The notes under the pieces: generated by a model
Databases searched by the model: none
What the model saw: the letters and a program-made list of their open reading frames with translations, nothing else
What the model was told of the DNA's origin: nothing
Shown here: positions 20,221-30,415 of the stretch, piece by piece
How the letters are laid out: each line of letters starts with the position of its first letter
Position numbering within the stretch: the first letter of the stretch is position 1
Program-made: the position numbers and the translations under genes
DNA from: a bacterium
GTDB taxonomy: Bacteria; Krumholzibacteriota; Krumholzibacteriia; LZORAL124-64-63
DNA: 64,000 nucleotides
Direction of reading: 5' to 3'
Assembly: GCA_031441465.1 (NCBI GenBank)
Contig: JANOEP010000044.1
Location: 9,852 to 73,851 of the forward strand

Positions 20221-20984
20221 GCGACCTCGACCACGCCCACGCCCGCGGCCGCGACGGCGTGGTGGGCGATCCCGCCGCCCACGACCGCGCCGTGCGGTCG
20301 ATGTTCGCGCGGATCGCGCACGTCTACGACTTCATGAACCACGCCCTGAGCTTCAACCGCGACCGCGCGTGGCGGCGCGACCTCGTGCGCGCCCTCGACC
20401 CCGGCACCGACCTGCTGCTGGACCTGTGCGCGGGCACGGGCGACCTCGGCCTCGCGGCCCTGCGCGGTGGCCGCTGCCGCCGGGTCGTGGCGGCCGACTT
20501 CACGCCGGCGATGCTGAAGGCGGGCCGCGGCAAGGGGCTCGGCGCGGAAATCCCCGCCGTGGCCGCCGACGCCCAGGCGCTCCCGCTGCGCGCCGGCTGC
20601 GCCGACGCGATCGCCGTCGGTTTCGGTGTGCGCAACCTGGCCGACCTGCGCCGCGGCCTGGCCGAGATGCGGCGCGTCCTGAAGCCGGGCGGCCGCTTGC
20701 TGGTGCTCGATTTCTTCCGCGACGACCCGGCCGCCGCCGGCCCGAGCCGCGGCGCCGCCCGCCCGCTGCGCCGCGGGCTGGACCTGGCGCTGCCGCTGGC
20801 AGGCCGGCTGCTCGGCCGCGATCGAGCCGCCTACGCCTACCTCGCCGCCAGCCGGGACCGCTTCGTGACCCCGGCGCAGTTCACGGCGCTGCTCGGCGAG
20901 TTCGGCTTCCGGGACATCCTGGTGCGCCGTCAGACCCTCGGCATCGCCCACCTGATCGGCGGGCGGCTCGACCACCAGGAGTGA
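20217..20984 (+). CDS. menG: Demethylmenaquinone methyltransferase UbiE/MenG
   Basis: 'VRSMFARIAHVYDFMNHALS', 'LDLCAGTGD', 'GFGVRNL', 'RVLKPGG'. GTGA overlap with ubiD. Confidence 0.9.
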   Translation: MSDLDHAHARGRDGVVGDPAAHDRAVRSMFARIAHVYDFMNHALSFNRDRAWRRDLVRALDPGTDLLLDLCAGTGDLGLAALRGGRCRRVVAADFTPAMLKAGRGKGLGAEIPAVAADAQALPLRAGCADAIAVGFGVRNLADLRRGLAEMRRVLKPGGRLLVLDFFRDDPAAAGPSRGAARPLRRGLDLALPLAGRLLGRDRAAYAYLAASRDRFVTPAQFTALLGEFGFRDILVRRQTLGIAHLIGGRLDHQE

Positions 20985-20994
20985 GGAGAGAGTC

Positions 20995-21627
20995 ATGGAC
21001 CGCGAAAGGATCCCGTCGCCCCCGATCACGGTCGCCTGGACCGGCGCCAGCGGCTTGGTGTACGGCGTGCGCCTGGTGGAGGTCTTGCTGAACGCGGGCC
21101 GCGACGTGGCGCTGCTGCGCAGCGACGCCGTCGAGCAGACGGCGGCCGCCGAGCTGGGCCGTGCCCCGCGTGCGCTGGTCGAAGAGCTGCGGCAGGTCGC
21201 AGTCGCCCGCGGCGCGGCGCTGCGCGAGTACGGCAAGCACGAGTTTTCGGCGCCGGTCGCCAGCGGCTCGGCGCCTTCGGGCGGCATGGCGGTGTGCCCC
21301 TGCTCGATGAGCACGCTGGCCCGCATCGCCACCGGCACCGGCGACGATCTGCTGCATCGCGCCGCCGACGTGCAACTGAAGGAGCGGCGGCGCCTCGTGC
21401 TCGTGCCGCGAGAGACCCCGCTGGCGGTCCACCACCTCGAGCACATGGCCCGGCTCGCCGCCGCCGGCGCCGTGATCCTGCCGGCGATGCCCGGCTTCTA
21501 CCAGCGACCGGCGACCGTGCAGGACCTCGTCGACTTCGTGGTGCAGCGCGTCTGCGACCAACTCGGCGTCGCGGTGCGCCTGGCGCGGCCGTGGGGCGAC
21601 GCCGACGCCCCGGGAGAACCGGCATGA
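20995..21627 (+). CDS. ubiX: Flavin prenyltransferase UbiX
   Basis: 'TGASG', 'ASGS', 'PCSMSTL', 'LVPRETPL', 'PAMPGFY'. Confidence 0.93.
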   Translation: MDRERIPSPPITVAWTGASGLVYGVRLVEVLLNAGRDVALLRSDAVEQTAAAELGRAPRALVEELRQVAVARGAALREYGKHEFSAPVASGSAPSGGMAVCPCSMSTLARIATGTGDDLLHRAADVQLKERRRLVLVPRETPLAVHHLEHMARLAAAGAVILPAMPGFYQRPATVQDLVDFVVQRVCDQLGVAVRLARPWGDADAPGEPA

Positions 21628-22532
21628 CGACGGGACGCGGCGCACCGCGCGGTCGCGGCTGGCGGACCGTCGGCGACTACTTCGGGCTGGTGAAGTTCGA
21701 GCACACCGTCTTCGCCCTGCCGTTCGCCCTGATCTCGCTGCTGGTCGCCACCGCCGGTCGCCCTTCGCGGCGCCTGCTGTGGGGCGTGCTGGCGGCGATG
21801 GTCGGCGCGCGCTGCGCGGCGATGGCCTTCAACCGCCTCGCCGACCGCGGCTACGACGCGCGCAACCCGCGCACGGCCGACCGCCACCTGCCCGCGGGGC
21901 GGATCGGGGTGGCCGGCGCGGCGACCTTCACGCTGGTCAGTGCGATCGTCTTCCTGCTGGCCGCCCGCAGCCTCAACCCGCTGTGTTTCGCGCTGGCGCC
22001 GGCCGCGCTCGCGGTGGTCCTCGGCTACTCCTACGCCAAGCGGTTCACCCCCTGGTCGCACCTGGTGCTGGGCCTAAGCCTGGGCATCGCGCCGACGGGT
22101 GCGTGGCTCGCGGCCACCGGCGCCTTCGCCGCGTTCCCGCTGTGGATGTCGGCGGGCGTGATGCTCTGGGTCGGCGGGTTCGACGCGATCTACGGCTGCC
22201 AGGACGTCGAGATCGACCGGAGCGAAGGGCTGCGCTCCCTGGCGGTCCGCTTCGGCGTGCCCGGCGCGCTGGGGATCGCCAAGGGCCTGCACGTGCTGGC
22301 CGTGCTGTGCCTCGCGTTCGCGTACCGCGCGGCGCCGACGTTGGGCGCGACGGCGGACCTGGGCCTGTGCGCGCGCCTCGGCCTGATCGTCATGACGCTG
22401 CTGCTGGTCTGGGAGCACCGCCTGGTGCGCGGCGGGGATCTGCGCCACATCGACCGGGCGTTCTTCACCATCAATTCCTGGATCGGGATGCTCCTGCTGC
22501 TCTTCGTCGCCTGCGACGTCTACCTGGTCTGA
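21624..22532 (+). CDS. mqnP: UbiA-family polyprenyltransferase (MqnP-like)
   Basis: 'VKFEHTVFALPFA', 'FNRLADRGYDARNPRTADR', 'YSYAKRFT', 'QDVEID'. Confidence 0.88.
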   Translation: MTTGRGAPRGRGWRTVGDYFGLVKFEHTVFALPFALISLLVATAGRPSRRLLWGVLAAMVGARCAAMAFNRLADRGYDARNPRTADRHLPAGRIGVAGAATFTLVSAIVFLLAARSLNPLCFALAPAALAVVLGYSYAKRFTPWSHLVLGLSLGIAPTGAWLAATGAFAAFPLWMSAGVMLWVGGFDAIYGCQDVEIDRSEGLRSLAVRFGVPGALGIAKGLHVLAVLCLAFAYRAAPTLGATADLGLCARLGLIVMTLLLVWEHRLVRGGDLRHIDRAFFTINSWIGMLLLLFVACDVYLV

Positions 22533-22917
22533 GGGGGCGCCGCCGCCGTCCAGATTCCGACCCCCCGATGCTTCCGTATTGCGCACCTCCCGCACCGCAG
22601 GAAGGCATTCTGCGCCCTCCCGCGACACGACGGAACACGTCCTGTTCACGGTTCCTCCCGGATGGAGCGCCTTTTCGGGAGCGGCGTCCGCCTTGGGGGC
22701 TGTTGGCGCATCTATAATAATATCAATGTGATACAACGATCATCGCGCAGCCGGGTGACCCGGCTGTCCGGTCGGTGCAGACCGGGCGCAGCTTCCGGCA
22801 AGGAAATCCTCAAGCGGGTATGAGGCTTGCCGATGGACTCTCGTGAATTCACCCCGGTCCGGCCGTGCGGACCCGACAAGAGCGCCCCCCCGCGAGGGCA
22901 AGAGAAAGGGATCTGGA

Positions 22918-23871
22918 ATGAAGACTCGTTACAGCATGCTGGCCGTCGTCCTGATGCTCGGCCTGGCCACGTCCGCGATGGCGACCGGGACGATCGGCCT
23001 GTTCTTCGACACCGAGGGCAACAGCGCCCAGCTCGTCGGCGAGCCCACGATGGTCTACGACGGCTACGTCCTGATCAACAACTCCGACATGCTGCTCGGC
23101 GGGGCGGCCTTCAAGCTCGAGTCCGAGGGCGGCTTCATGATCGTCAGCGAGACCTGGGCTCCGGGCTTGCTGTTCGGCACCCTGCTGACCGGCGCCGAGA
23201 TCGGTCTCTACACGCCCATCGCGCAGTTCGGCAACGACCCCCAGTCGATCTGCCACATCCAGGTGTTCTCGCCGACGATGATCGTCAACTCGCACCAGAC
23301 CATCGTCGCCGACCCGGACTACGCCACGCCGGTGCTGGCGAACACGTCCGCCATCCTGTTCCCGGCCGACGGCCTGACCTCCAGCATCACGCTGCGCCCG
23401 ACCCCCCAGATCGGCGTGTTCTGGGACGAGGCCGGCACCCAGGGCGTGTTGATCGAGAACGGCGGCATGACCGAGATCCACAACGCCTGGATCATGGTCC
23501 GCAATGCCGAGATGATGGTCGGCGGCGCCGCCTTCAAGCTGGTCCTGGATCCGCGCATCATGATCCTGAGCGCGACCCCGGCTTCGGGCCTGATCTTCGG
23601 CAGCCTGTCGGCCGGCGTCGAGATGGGTCTGTACAGCTACCTGCCCGTGTTCGGCACCGACCCGGGCCTGCTGTACACCCTGCAGATGACGACCTTCAAC
23701 AACCTGATGGTCAACGCCGAGCTGTCGATCGTCAATCATCCCAGCTACGACGCGCCCAAGGTGGCGGACAACAGCGCCGTCCAGTGGACCGCCGAAGGCC
23801 TGACCTCGTACCTGACCATCCCCGTCGGCACCGAGGAGATGAGCTGGGGCCAGGTCAAGAGCCTGTACTAG
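22918..23871 (+). CDS. Secreted two-repeat protein with WGxxKxxY tail
   Basis: Signal peptide ending SAMA. Internal duplication 'IGLFFD..G...GGAAFKL' / 'IGVFWD..G...GGAAFKL'. Ends MSWGQVKSLY. Confidence 0.85.
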   Translation: MKTRYSMLAVVLMLGLATSAMATGTIGLFFDTEGNSAQLVGEPTMVYDGYVLINNSDMLLGGAAFKLESEGGFMIVSETWAPGLLFGTLLTGAEIGLYTPIAQFGNDPQSICHIQVFSPTMIVNSHQTIVADPDYATPVLANTSAILFPADGLTSSITLRPTPQIGVFWDEAGTQGVLIENGGMTEIHNAWIMVRNAEMMVGGAAFKLVLDPRIMILSATPASGLIFGSLSAGVEMGLYSYLPVFGTDPGLLYTLQMTTFNNLMVNAELSIVNHPSYDAPKVADNSAVQWTAEGLTSYLTIPVGTEEMSWGQVKSLY

Positions 23872-23936
23872 GCACAACGTTCCCGCGGAGGGCGTGTCGG
23901 AATCCCCCCCAGGACGCGACGGACCTCCGCAAACGG

Positions 23937-23970
23937 GAAGCGGGAGAGGGCAACCTCTCCCGCTTCTTCG
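23937..23970. terminator. Hairpin terminator between convergent genes
   Basis: Perfect 13-bp stem GAAGCGGGAGAGG-GCAA-CCTCTCCCGCTTC with GNRA loop. Confidence 0.75.
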
Positions 23971-23986
23971 TCCGTTCCCGCCGACC

Positions 23987-24790
23987 TCACCCGGGCGGGG
24001 GCTCGGGGTCGCGCTTCACGACGTGGAACCCGTAGGAAGTTTCCACCACGCCGGTGATTTCGCCGGGCTTCAGGCCGAACAAGGCATCCTCGAAGGACGA
24101 CTCCAGATTCCCCGGTTCCACGAGCCCGATCAGGCCGCATTCGAAACGACTCTGTTCGTCGTCGGAGAAGCGGGCGGCCAGACCGCAGAAGTCGGCGTCG
24201 GGTACCTGCGCCTTGGCGGCGATCTCGCCTGCCAGGGCCTGCGCCTGGTCCCGGGAACGGGTGATCGTGCCGCCGTCGCCCCCCGCTCCCCGCCAGGCGA
24301 TCAGGATGTGGCGGGCCACGGCGCGCCGCACAGGCACGCGCATCAGCACGTGGAACCCGGCGGTCGACTCGACGCAGGGATCCAACTCGCCGATTTCCAG
24401 TTGCGACAGGGTCACTTCCAGGGACAAGGGCAGCCGGCCGGGCCGCACGACGCCCAGTTCGCCGCCGTGGCGCGCCGTGCGGGCGTCGTCGGAGTAGCGG
24501 CGGGCCAGTTCCGCGAACGAGGCGCGGTTGTCGAGGATCTCGGTCGCCAGGCGCACGGCCAGGGCGCGCGCCTCGTCCGGCGTGCGCGTGACGCCGGGCA
24601 TCGCCGGGCTGCCGTCACGATGGGCGATCAGGATGTGCGCGCCGGCGATCTCCGTCGGCCGCGCGAGGGAGTCCGCGGCGGCCGTCGCGGGCCCGCGCGT
24701 CGCCGGTTCGCGGCCGCGCAGCAGCGCGAACGCCACCAAGGCGACGGCGCCCGCCAGGGTCGCCAGCAATGCGAGGCGCCGGAGTTTCAT
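23987..24790 (-). CDS. Parvulin/PpiC-type peptidyl-prolyl isomerase (two rotamase domains)
   Basis: 'AHILI', 'FAELARRYSDD...GGELG', 'ARHILI', 'VETSYGFHVVK'. N-terminal TM/signal. Confidence 0.88.
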   Translation of the reverse strand: MKLRRLALLATLAGAVALVAFALLRGREPATRGPATAAADSLARPTEIAGAHILIAHRDGSPAMPGVTRTPDEARALAVRLATEILDNRASFAELARRYSDDARTARHGGELGVVRPGRLPLSLEVTLSQLEIGELDPCVESTAGFHVLMRVPVRRAVARHILIAWRGAGGDGGTITRSRDQAQALAGEIAAKAQVPDADFCGLAARFSDDEQSRFECGLIGLVEPGNLESSFEDALFGLKPGEITGVVETSYGFHVVKRDPEPPPG

Positions 24791-25617
24791 CGTCCGCCCT
24801 TCTGGTAGGGATCGGCGCCCGTCGCCAGCAGGATCTTGCTCGCGAGCAGGTGGTAGATCTGCAGCTCCCAGTTCACGATCCCCGCGCGCATGTGCAGGTG
24901 GCGCATGTAGGTCAGGAACTTCTCCCGCTCCGGCGGCCCGAGGCCGACCGCCGCCATGGCGGCGCCGAAATGCTCGTACATCACGTCCAGCTCGTCCTGC
25001 GTTGGCAGCTTGGTGGAACGGTGCGGGTGGTTGACACGCATCTCGGGCCGGCGGCTGGGCTCGCGGCGCGGCGCGACGCAGGCCGCGCGCCAGGCGCGGC
25101 GCAGCTCGTAGCTCAGGACCATCACGGCTTGCGAGAGGTTCAGGGACGGCTGCTCGGGGGCGGTGTCGATCGAGCAGACGTAGCGGCAGGCGTAGACCTC
25201 GTCGTTGGTCAGGCCGGTGCGCTCGGTGCCGAACATCAGGGCCACCGGCCCCTCGGCCGCGTGTTCGATCAGCAGCGCCGCCAGATCGTGCGGCGCCATC
25301 AGGGCGCCCTTGCGCAGCTCGCGCGGGCGGGCCGTGGTGCCGGCAACGACCAGGCAGTCGCGCACGGCCGCCCGGTGGTCCAGCACGACCTGCGCGCCTT
25401 CGAGCACGTCCTCGGCCCCGTGCGCCAGCGCGCGCGCCCGCTCGCCGTAGGGATCGTGCGGCGAGATCAGCACCAGGTGCGACAGGCCCATCGTCTTCAT
25501 GGCGCGGGCCGTCGCCCCGACGTTGCGCGGCTCGGTGGTGCGGCTCAGCACGATGCGGACGTTGTCCAGCACCGCCTGGGCCGCGGGGTCGACGGGATCG
25601 GAGGGGAAGCGGGCCAC
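24787..25617 (-). CDS. trmJ: TrmJ/LasT-family SPOUT RNA methyltransferase
   Basis: 'NVGATARAMKTMG', 'FGTERTGLTNDE', 'SLNLSQAV'. Confidence 0.85.
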   Translation of the reverse strand: MARFPSDPVDPAAQAVLDNVRIVLSRTTEPRNVGATARAMKTMGLSHLVLISPHDPYGERARALAHGAEDVLEGAQVVLDHRAAVRDCLVVAGTTARPRELRKGALMAPHDLAALLIEHAAEGPVALMFGTERTGLTNDEVYACRYVCSIDTAPEQPSLNLSQAVMVLSYELRRAWRAACVAPRREPSRRPEMRVNHPHRSTKLPTQDELDVMYEHFGAAMAAVGLGPPEREKFLTYMRHLHMRAGIVNWELQIYHLLASKILLATGADPYQKGGR

Positions 25618-25702
25618 GGGTTTCGTCCTCTGGGGGGATGGCTGGTCGTCCGTCCCCCCAATATCGCGCCCCGCGGGTCGGTTGTCACGCGCGGGGGCGG
25701 CG

Positions 25703-26479
25703 TCAGCCTGGCAGCCGGTACGTCACCGTCAGCGGGAACGACGTCCCTTGCGGGTAGTAGCGCCGCCAGCTCACGAACGATGCGCCGCCGTGCTCGTGGA
25801 CGCGAACTTCGGGGCTGACCGTGAGGACCTCGGCGCCCGCCGGCAGGCGCAGCTTGCGCTCGTAGAGGCGGTCGTCGGGGAAGTCGCCGGGGTAGGTGCA
25901 GGTCCACACGTCGCCGTCGCGGAAGGCGCCGCGGGGTCGGATCGTGCTCATCGACATCTCGACGCTCTCTCCCGGCAGGACGGGCACGGCCAGCTCGACG
26001 ATCACGTTCTGGATGTCGGTGCCTGGCCGGGGCTCGAAACGGTGGGGCAGCGTATTGCCCCAGGGGTCCAGGATCTTCAGCGTGCGGTACGTCTCCATCT
26101 CGTGGGGGCCGGCGCCCCACACGACGCTGGTCTGCAGCTCCCGGCCGTCGTTGGCGACGTGGAAGGTGTTCCAGGCCTCGACGCTGCCGTCGGCGCGCAG
26201 GACCTCGTAGCAGGAAGAGCGCACCAGCCGCCGGCCTTCGGGTCGCGGCAGATCGCGGTCGCCGTCGACCTCGCGGATCTGACGGCCCTCCAGCTCGTAG
26301 AGCGCGTCGCCGGTCTGCAGCAGGTACGTGGCTTCGTCGACCGGCCGCAGCACGCCGGTGAGCGTGCGGCCATCGGTCAGGCGGACCTCCGTAGCGCAGC
26401 AGGTCTCGGCGGCCAGCAGCAGCAGGAGAAGCGGAGCCGCGCGGGTGGCGGTGCGGAGCGTGGCGTTCGTCGTGGTCAT
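25703..26479 (-). CDS. Exported protein of unknown function in the ECF operon
   Basis: GGAGG RBS before ATG 26479, hydrophobic signal, directly downstream of the anti-sigma gene. Confidence 0.65.
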   Translation of the reverse strand: MTTTNATLRTATRAAPLLLLLLAAETCCATEVRLTDGRTLTGVLRPVDEATYLLQTGDALYELEGRQIREVDGDRDLPRPEGRRLVRSSCYEVLRADGSVEAWNTFHVANDGRELQTSVVWGAGPHEMETYRTLKILDPWGNTLPHRFEPRPGTDIQNVIVELAVPVLPGESVEMSMSTIRPRGAFRDGDVWTCTYPGDFPDDRLYERKLRLPAGAEVLTVSPEVRVHEHGGASFVSWRRYYPQGTSFPLTVTYRLPG

Positions 26480-26490
26480 CTTCGTGCCTC

Positions 26491-26922
26491 CTAGAACGGG
26501 CTGTCGCCGAGATTCAGGGTCCCCGTCGCGAGCGCGGTTTCCGGTCCCACGTCGCCGCCGTCGCGCACCAGCGTGATGGCGCCGGAATGCAGCGTCGCGT
26601 CGCCGTCGCCGAGACGCCGCATGACCGACGGCGCGACCAGGACGACTGCCAGCACGGCGGCCGCGGCCCAGACGACCGGACGCAGCAGGACGATCGGCGC
26701 CAACGGCGCGGGCGCGGCCAAGATCCGCCCGCGCAGATCGTCCGCCGCGCGGTCGCCCGCCAACGCCTCCCGCCACTCCTCCCGCTCGCGGCGGCGCCGC
26801 GCCGCCTCCGCCCGGCAGTCCGCGCATCCGTCCAGGTGCGCGGACAGGGCGGCGGCCCGCTCGCCGTCGAGCTCGCCGTCGACCAGCGCGGTCAGCAGCG
26901 CGAGCGCGTCCTCACAACGCAT
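26491..26922 (-). CDS. zf-HC2 zinc-binding anti-sigma factor
   Basis: 'MRCED...LVDGEL...HLDGCADC' (HxxxCxxC) plus a TM helix. Overlaps the ECF stop. Confidence 0.85.
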   Translation of the reverse strand: MRCEDALALLTALVDGELDGERAAALSAHLDGCADCRAEAARRRREREEWREALAGDRAADDLRGRILAAPAPLAPIVLLRPVVWAAAAVLAVVLVAPSVMRRLGDGDATLHSGAITLVRDGGDVGPETALATGTLNLGDSPF

Positions 26923-27427
26923 GACCCATCCTCCCGAGTTCGCGGCGCAGTTGTTGCACCGCATGGTGCTTGCGTGAGGCGACGGTGCCCGGCGGGATCC
27001 CCAGGACCTCGGCGATCTCCCCGTAGCGCAACCCCTCCACCTCCGAGAGCAGGAAGACCGCGCGGTGCTCCTCGTCCATCAGGTCGAGGGCCCGGTCGAG
27101 GGCCGCGCGCAGTTCGGTGGCGTGCAGGAGGGCGTCGGCCGGGGCCGGCGGGTCGAGGTCGGCGGCGAGGTGCGGCGCCGCGTCCCGCCGCGTGCGCCGG
27201 CGCCGCCAGTGGTCGACGGCCGCGTGGCGCGCACAGGCGAAGACGTAGGCCGCCGACGGCAGCTCGTCGTCCCGGTCGGGACGCAGACGCCGCAGCCGCA
27301 GGAAGGTGTCGTGCGTCAGGTCGCGGGCGAGGTCGTCGTCCCGCACCAGGCTGCGCAGGAAGCGATGGACCCGGTCGAGATCTCTCTCGACCAGCCTGGT
27401 GAACCCGTCGTCCCGCTGCTGCGCCAC
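26912..27427 (-). CDS. ECF RNA polymerase sigma factor
   Basis: 'LARDLTHDTF', 'EGLRYGEIAEVLGIPPGTVASR'. Confidence 0.88.
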   Translation of the reverse strand: MAQQRDDGFTRLVERDLDRVHRFLRSLVRDDDLARDLTHDTFLRLRRLRPDRDDELPSAAYVFACARHAAVDHWRRRRTRRDAAPHLAADLDPPAPADALLHATELRAALDRALDLMDEEHRAVFLLSEVEGLRYGEIAEVLGIPPGTVASRKHHAVQQLRRELGRMGHAL

Positions 27428-27527
27428 TGCACCCCCCCGAACCCGAAGTTACCCTTGCCGGGCACCGTCGTCACGACAGTAAGACGCACGGGGGCGCGCT
27501 TTCTTCAGCGATCGATTCCGTCCGCCG

Positions 27528-27563
27528 AAAAAAAAGGCGGGGACCCCCGTGGGAATCCCCGCC
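27528..27563 (-). terminator. Intrinsic terminator of 27591..29597
   Basis: On the minus strand: GGCGGGGA...TCCCCGCC stem followed by a poly-T run. Confidence 0.8.
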
Positions 27564-27590
27564 CGTTGCCGGCGATGCGGCTCATGAGGG

Positions 27591-29597
27591 TCAGCGCGCG
27601 AGGACCGCCTTGGTGATGTTCACGAACCCGGCCGCCGAAGCCCGCACCAGGTAGACGCCGCTGGAGGCGGCGCGCCCGCCATCGTTGCGGCCGTCCCAGG
27701 CCAGGGCGTGGGGGCCGGCCGCCAGGGCGCCGTCGTGCAGGGTGCGCACGAGGTGACCCTGGAGGTCGTAGACCGCCACGCGGGCGGGGCCGTCGGCCGG
27801 CAGCGTGAAGGCGACGCTCGTCTGCGGGTTGAACGGGTTGGGCCGCACCCGCAGGTCCAGGCCGGGGTTGAACGGCAGCTCGCCGACCGCGGTGGCGTCG
27901 GCGGTCAGCAGCCAGGCGCTGGCGTTCAGAAAGAACTCGCGGTTGTCCGAGCCGACCTCGGTCCAGTTGTTCGCGTGGGATTCGCTGTCGGTGCCATCGG
28001 CGGTGCTCGAGGAGTCGCCGTAGCCCACGATCTTGCCCTGGCCGTAGCGTGACCAGGCGGCGACGTGGGGCGAGCCCTCGTTCTTGCTGATCAGGGCGCC
28101 CACGTCCGCGAGGTCGGGGTTGGCGGTCGGCCACAGGCTCATCACGTTGCCCACGTGGTAGATGACGGCCGCCACCTCGCCGTAGGGGCCGTGGATCACG
28201 GGATTGACCGGGTCGCCGGTCACGTTGGTGAAGGTGCCGGTGATCGCGTTGTTGCCCTCGTCCTTCACGTGGAAGTGCAGGCCGAACAGGGCGCCGCAGA
28301 AGGTTTCGGTGTCGCCGGCCGGGGGGACCGTGATGTGCGGCACGGAGTAGCCGCCGAAGATGCTCGGGCTGTCCCAGCCATCGCCGTCGCGGTCGCTGCC
28401 GTTGTGGTCGGCCACCACGAAGAGCGAGCCGCCGGCGTAGACGAACTGGCGCACGGCCTCGATCTCGGCCGCGGTGAACGGGGCCTGCGGCTCGGGGATC
28501 ACCAGCAGGTCGACGTCGGCGAGCTGGGCCGATGTGATCGCCGCGTTGTTGCTGCGGATGGTGTTGCCCGCGAGGAACAGCTCGTAGCCCCAGCTCGACA
28601 GCTGGCCGCTCCAGGCCGACTCGCTCGTCGGGTTGGCCGGCAGGGGGTTGGGATGGTTGTCGTCGACGCGCCAGTTGCCCGAGGTGCCGGCGTCCTGCTG
28701 ATGCATGTGGTCGAAGAGCACGACCTTGCCGCCGGCGATGCCGCCCTGGATGGTGACGGAGAAGTAGCCCGTCGGGGCGTTGGCCGGGTTCAGCGACTCG
28801 GCGCTCTCGTCGTCCCGGGCCCAGACGTAGTACTGCAGGACCGTGTTGCCGACCTGATTCGCGAAGGTCGCGGCGTACTGGTCGCCGCCCACGGAGGTCA
28901 TGACCGTGGAGGTGAACGAGCCGGCGCCCACGCGCGACCAGCACCAGACCGCGTCGACGGTGCCGTCGGCGTCGGTGACCGTCGTGGTGATGGTGACGTC
29001 GTCGCCATCGGACGGTGTCGCGGGCGCGTGCTGGACCGTCGCGATGACCGGCGGCTGGTTCGAGGTGCCGGTCGTGCCGTCGTAGTACAGCTCGATGAAT
29101 TCGTAGGGGTAGTCGGCGGGGTCGTTGGCCTCGCTGATCACCAGGCCCGACATGACGGCGTCGGGCGCCTCGACGCCCGTACCCGGCGTCGGCGTGGTGT
29201 TGATGGTCCAGGCCAGGGTCTCGGGATCCGGACGGTGGTAGGCGCGTCCGGTGGTGGTGATCCCGGGGGTCGGCCCGTCCTCGTTGCCGTTGGCGGCGTT
29301 GCGCAGCTCGTAGGTCTCGGCCCCGTTGATGAAGGGGAACGTCGCCGCGGAGTTCAGGAACACCACATTGCCGCCCAGAGCGACCCCGTAGTAGGTCTCG
29401 AACGCGGCCTGGGCGGCGTCGCGCGCCACGATGAGGTAGCCGCCCGCGGGCACCACGGTGCCGGCCGGGATCGTGTAGGTCTGGGCGGAGTTCGCCTGCA
29501 CGAGCTTCCAGCCGCCCACGTTCAGGCTCTGGGCCAGGCAGGGTGCGGCGAGCAGCAGCAGCGCGGCGAAAGCGAGCAGGGGGCGGCAACGGGTCAT
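27591..29597 (-). CDS. Secreted protein: lamin-tail-like and Ig-like domains, DUF4350/GATase-like module, FlgD-Ig CTD
   Basis: AAGGA RBS and signal peptide. 'YTIPAGTVVPAGGYLIVA', 'VISE..D...EFIELY', 'VLFDHMHQQDAG', 'VDLLVIPEPQAPF', PNPFNP CTD. Confidence 0.8.
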   Translation of the reverse strand: MTRCRPLLAFAALLLLAAPCLAQSLNVGGWKLVQANSAQTYTIPAGTVVPAGGYLIVARDAAQAAFETYYGVALGGNVVFLNSAATFPFINGAETYELRNAANGNEDGPTPGITTTGRAYHRPDPETLAWTINTTPTPGTGVEAPDAVMSGLVISEANDPADYPYEFIELYYDGTTGTSNQPPVIATVQHAPATPSDGDDVTITTTVTDADGTVDAVWCWSRVGAGSFTSTVMTSVGGDQYAATFANQVGNTVLQYYVWARDDESAESLNPANAPTGYFSVTIQGGIAGGKVVLFDHMHQQDAGTSGNWRVDDNHPNPLPANPTSESAWSGQLSSWGYELFLAGNTIRSNNAAITSAQLADVDLLVIPEPQAPFTAAEIEAVRQFVYAGGSLFVVADHNGSDRDGDGWDSPSIFGGYSVPHITVPPAGDTETFCGALFGLHFHVKDEGNNAITGTFTNVTGDPVNPVIHGPYGEVAAVIYHVGNVMSLWPTANPDLADVGALISKNEGSPHVAAWSRYGQGKIVGYGDSSSTADGTDSESHANNWTEVGSDNREFFLNASAWLLTADATAVGELPFNPGLDLRVRPNPFNPQTSVAFTLPADGPARVAVYDLQGHLVRTLHDGALAAGPHALAWDGRNDGGRAASSGVYLVRASAAGFVNITKAVLAR

Positions 29598-29843
29598 CGG
29601 GCACGTCCTTCGGGTGCGGATCCGGGCGGGCGGATGCCGGGTCGGGCTGTTGGGGCGGCGGGCGAATCCGCCCCAAAGTTGATCAATGGTAACACACTGA
29701 GAACAAGAGAACAAACGTTGAGATCGGTAAGGCTAAAATCGTCGTTGTTCACAGCCGTGAGACGCGGCAATATGTATCTATATAGACTGTTATAAGGATA
29801 TTATCTTTGCCGACCCATGGTAGGGTCCATCTGCAGTGCGTTC

Positions 29844-29872
29844 TTGACATATTCGCGAATCGCGAATACAGT
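29844..29872 (+). promoter_or_regulatory. Sigma70 promoter with palindromic operator in the spacer
   Basis: TTGACA (29844-49), 17-nt spacer, TACAGT (29867-72). Inverted repeat TATTCGCG-AAT-CGCGAATA at 29850-29868. Confidence 0.75.
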
Positions 29873-29878
29873 ATGTGC

Positions 29879-30415
29879 ATGGAACTCAAGCCACAGGACA
29901 TCTACGTTACCCTGAAATTAGTGGCTCGTGGCAAACAACCATGGACGTACAACCAGTTGTCCCTCGAATTGGCAATGAGCGCTTCCGAGGTCAACGCCGC
30001 CGTGAAACGCGCCCAACAGGCCGGATTGGTACGCGTGCAGGTGTACCATGAGAAAAACCCACAACCGATCATGAAAGCGATCGATGAGTTCGTGTTCCAT
30101 GGGCTCAAGTACGCGTTTCCTCCCGATCTGGGTGGAATGGTACGTGGGATGCCGACGGCCTTCGCAGCTCCTGGAATTAGTGAATCCGTGCAATCCGATG
30201 GTCAGCCACCCCATGTTTGGCCCTGGGAGTCTGGTGTCGTGCGGGGGCTCGCACTTTCTCCTCTCTATCGATCTGCACCCCAGGCCGCGCACGCGGACAG
30301 CCAATTCTATCAGATGCTAGCTTTAGTCGATTGCCTGCGCATTTCTTCGCCACGCGGCACAGGAGCGGCAACGATCATGCTCAAGACCATGCTGGCGTCC
30401 TATGGCAAGAACTAA
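29879..30415 (+). CDS. wHTH-containing putative antitoxin (type IV TA/AbiEi-like partner)
   Basis: 'MELKPQDI...LSLELAMSASEVNAAVKRAQQAGLV' HTH. Overlaps the nucleotidyltransferase gene. Lower GC. Confidence 0.65.
   Translation: MELKPQDIYVTLKLVARGKQPWTYNQLSLELAMSASEVNAAVKRAQQAGLVRVQVYHEKNPQPIMKAIDEFVFHGLKYAFPPDLGGMVRGMPTAFAAPGISESVQSDGQPPHVWPWESGVVRGLALSPLYRSAPQAAHADSQFYQMLALVDCLRISSPRGTGAATIMLKTMLASYGKN

Noticed and set aside
22748..22766. Palindrome CAGCCGGGTGACCCGGCTG upstream of 22918
   Set aside because: A single GC-rich occurrence; cannot distinguish an operator from chance.
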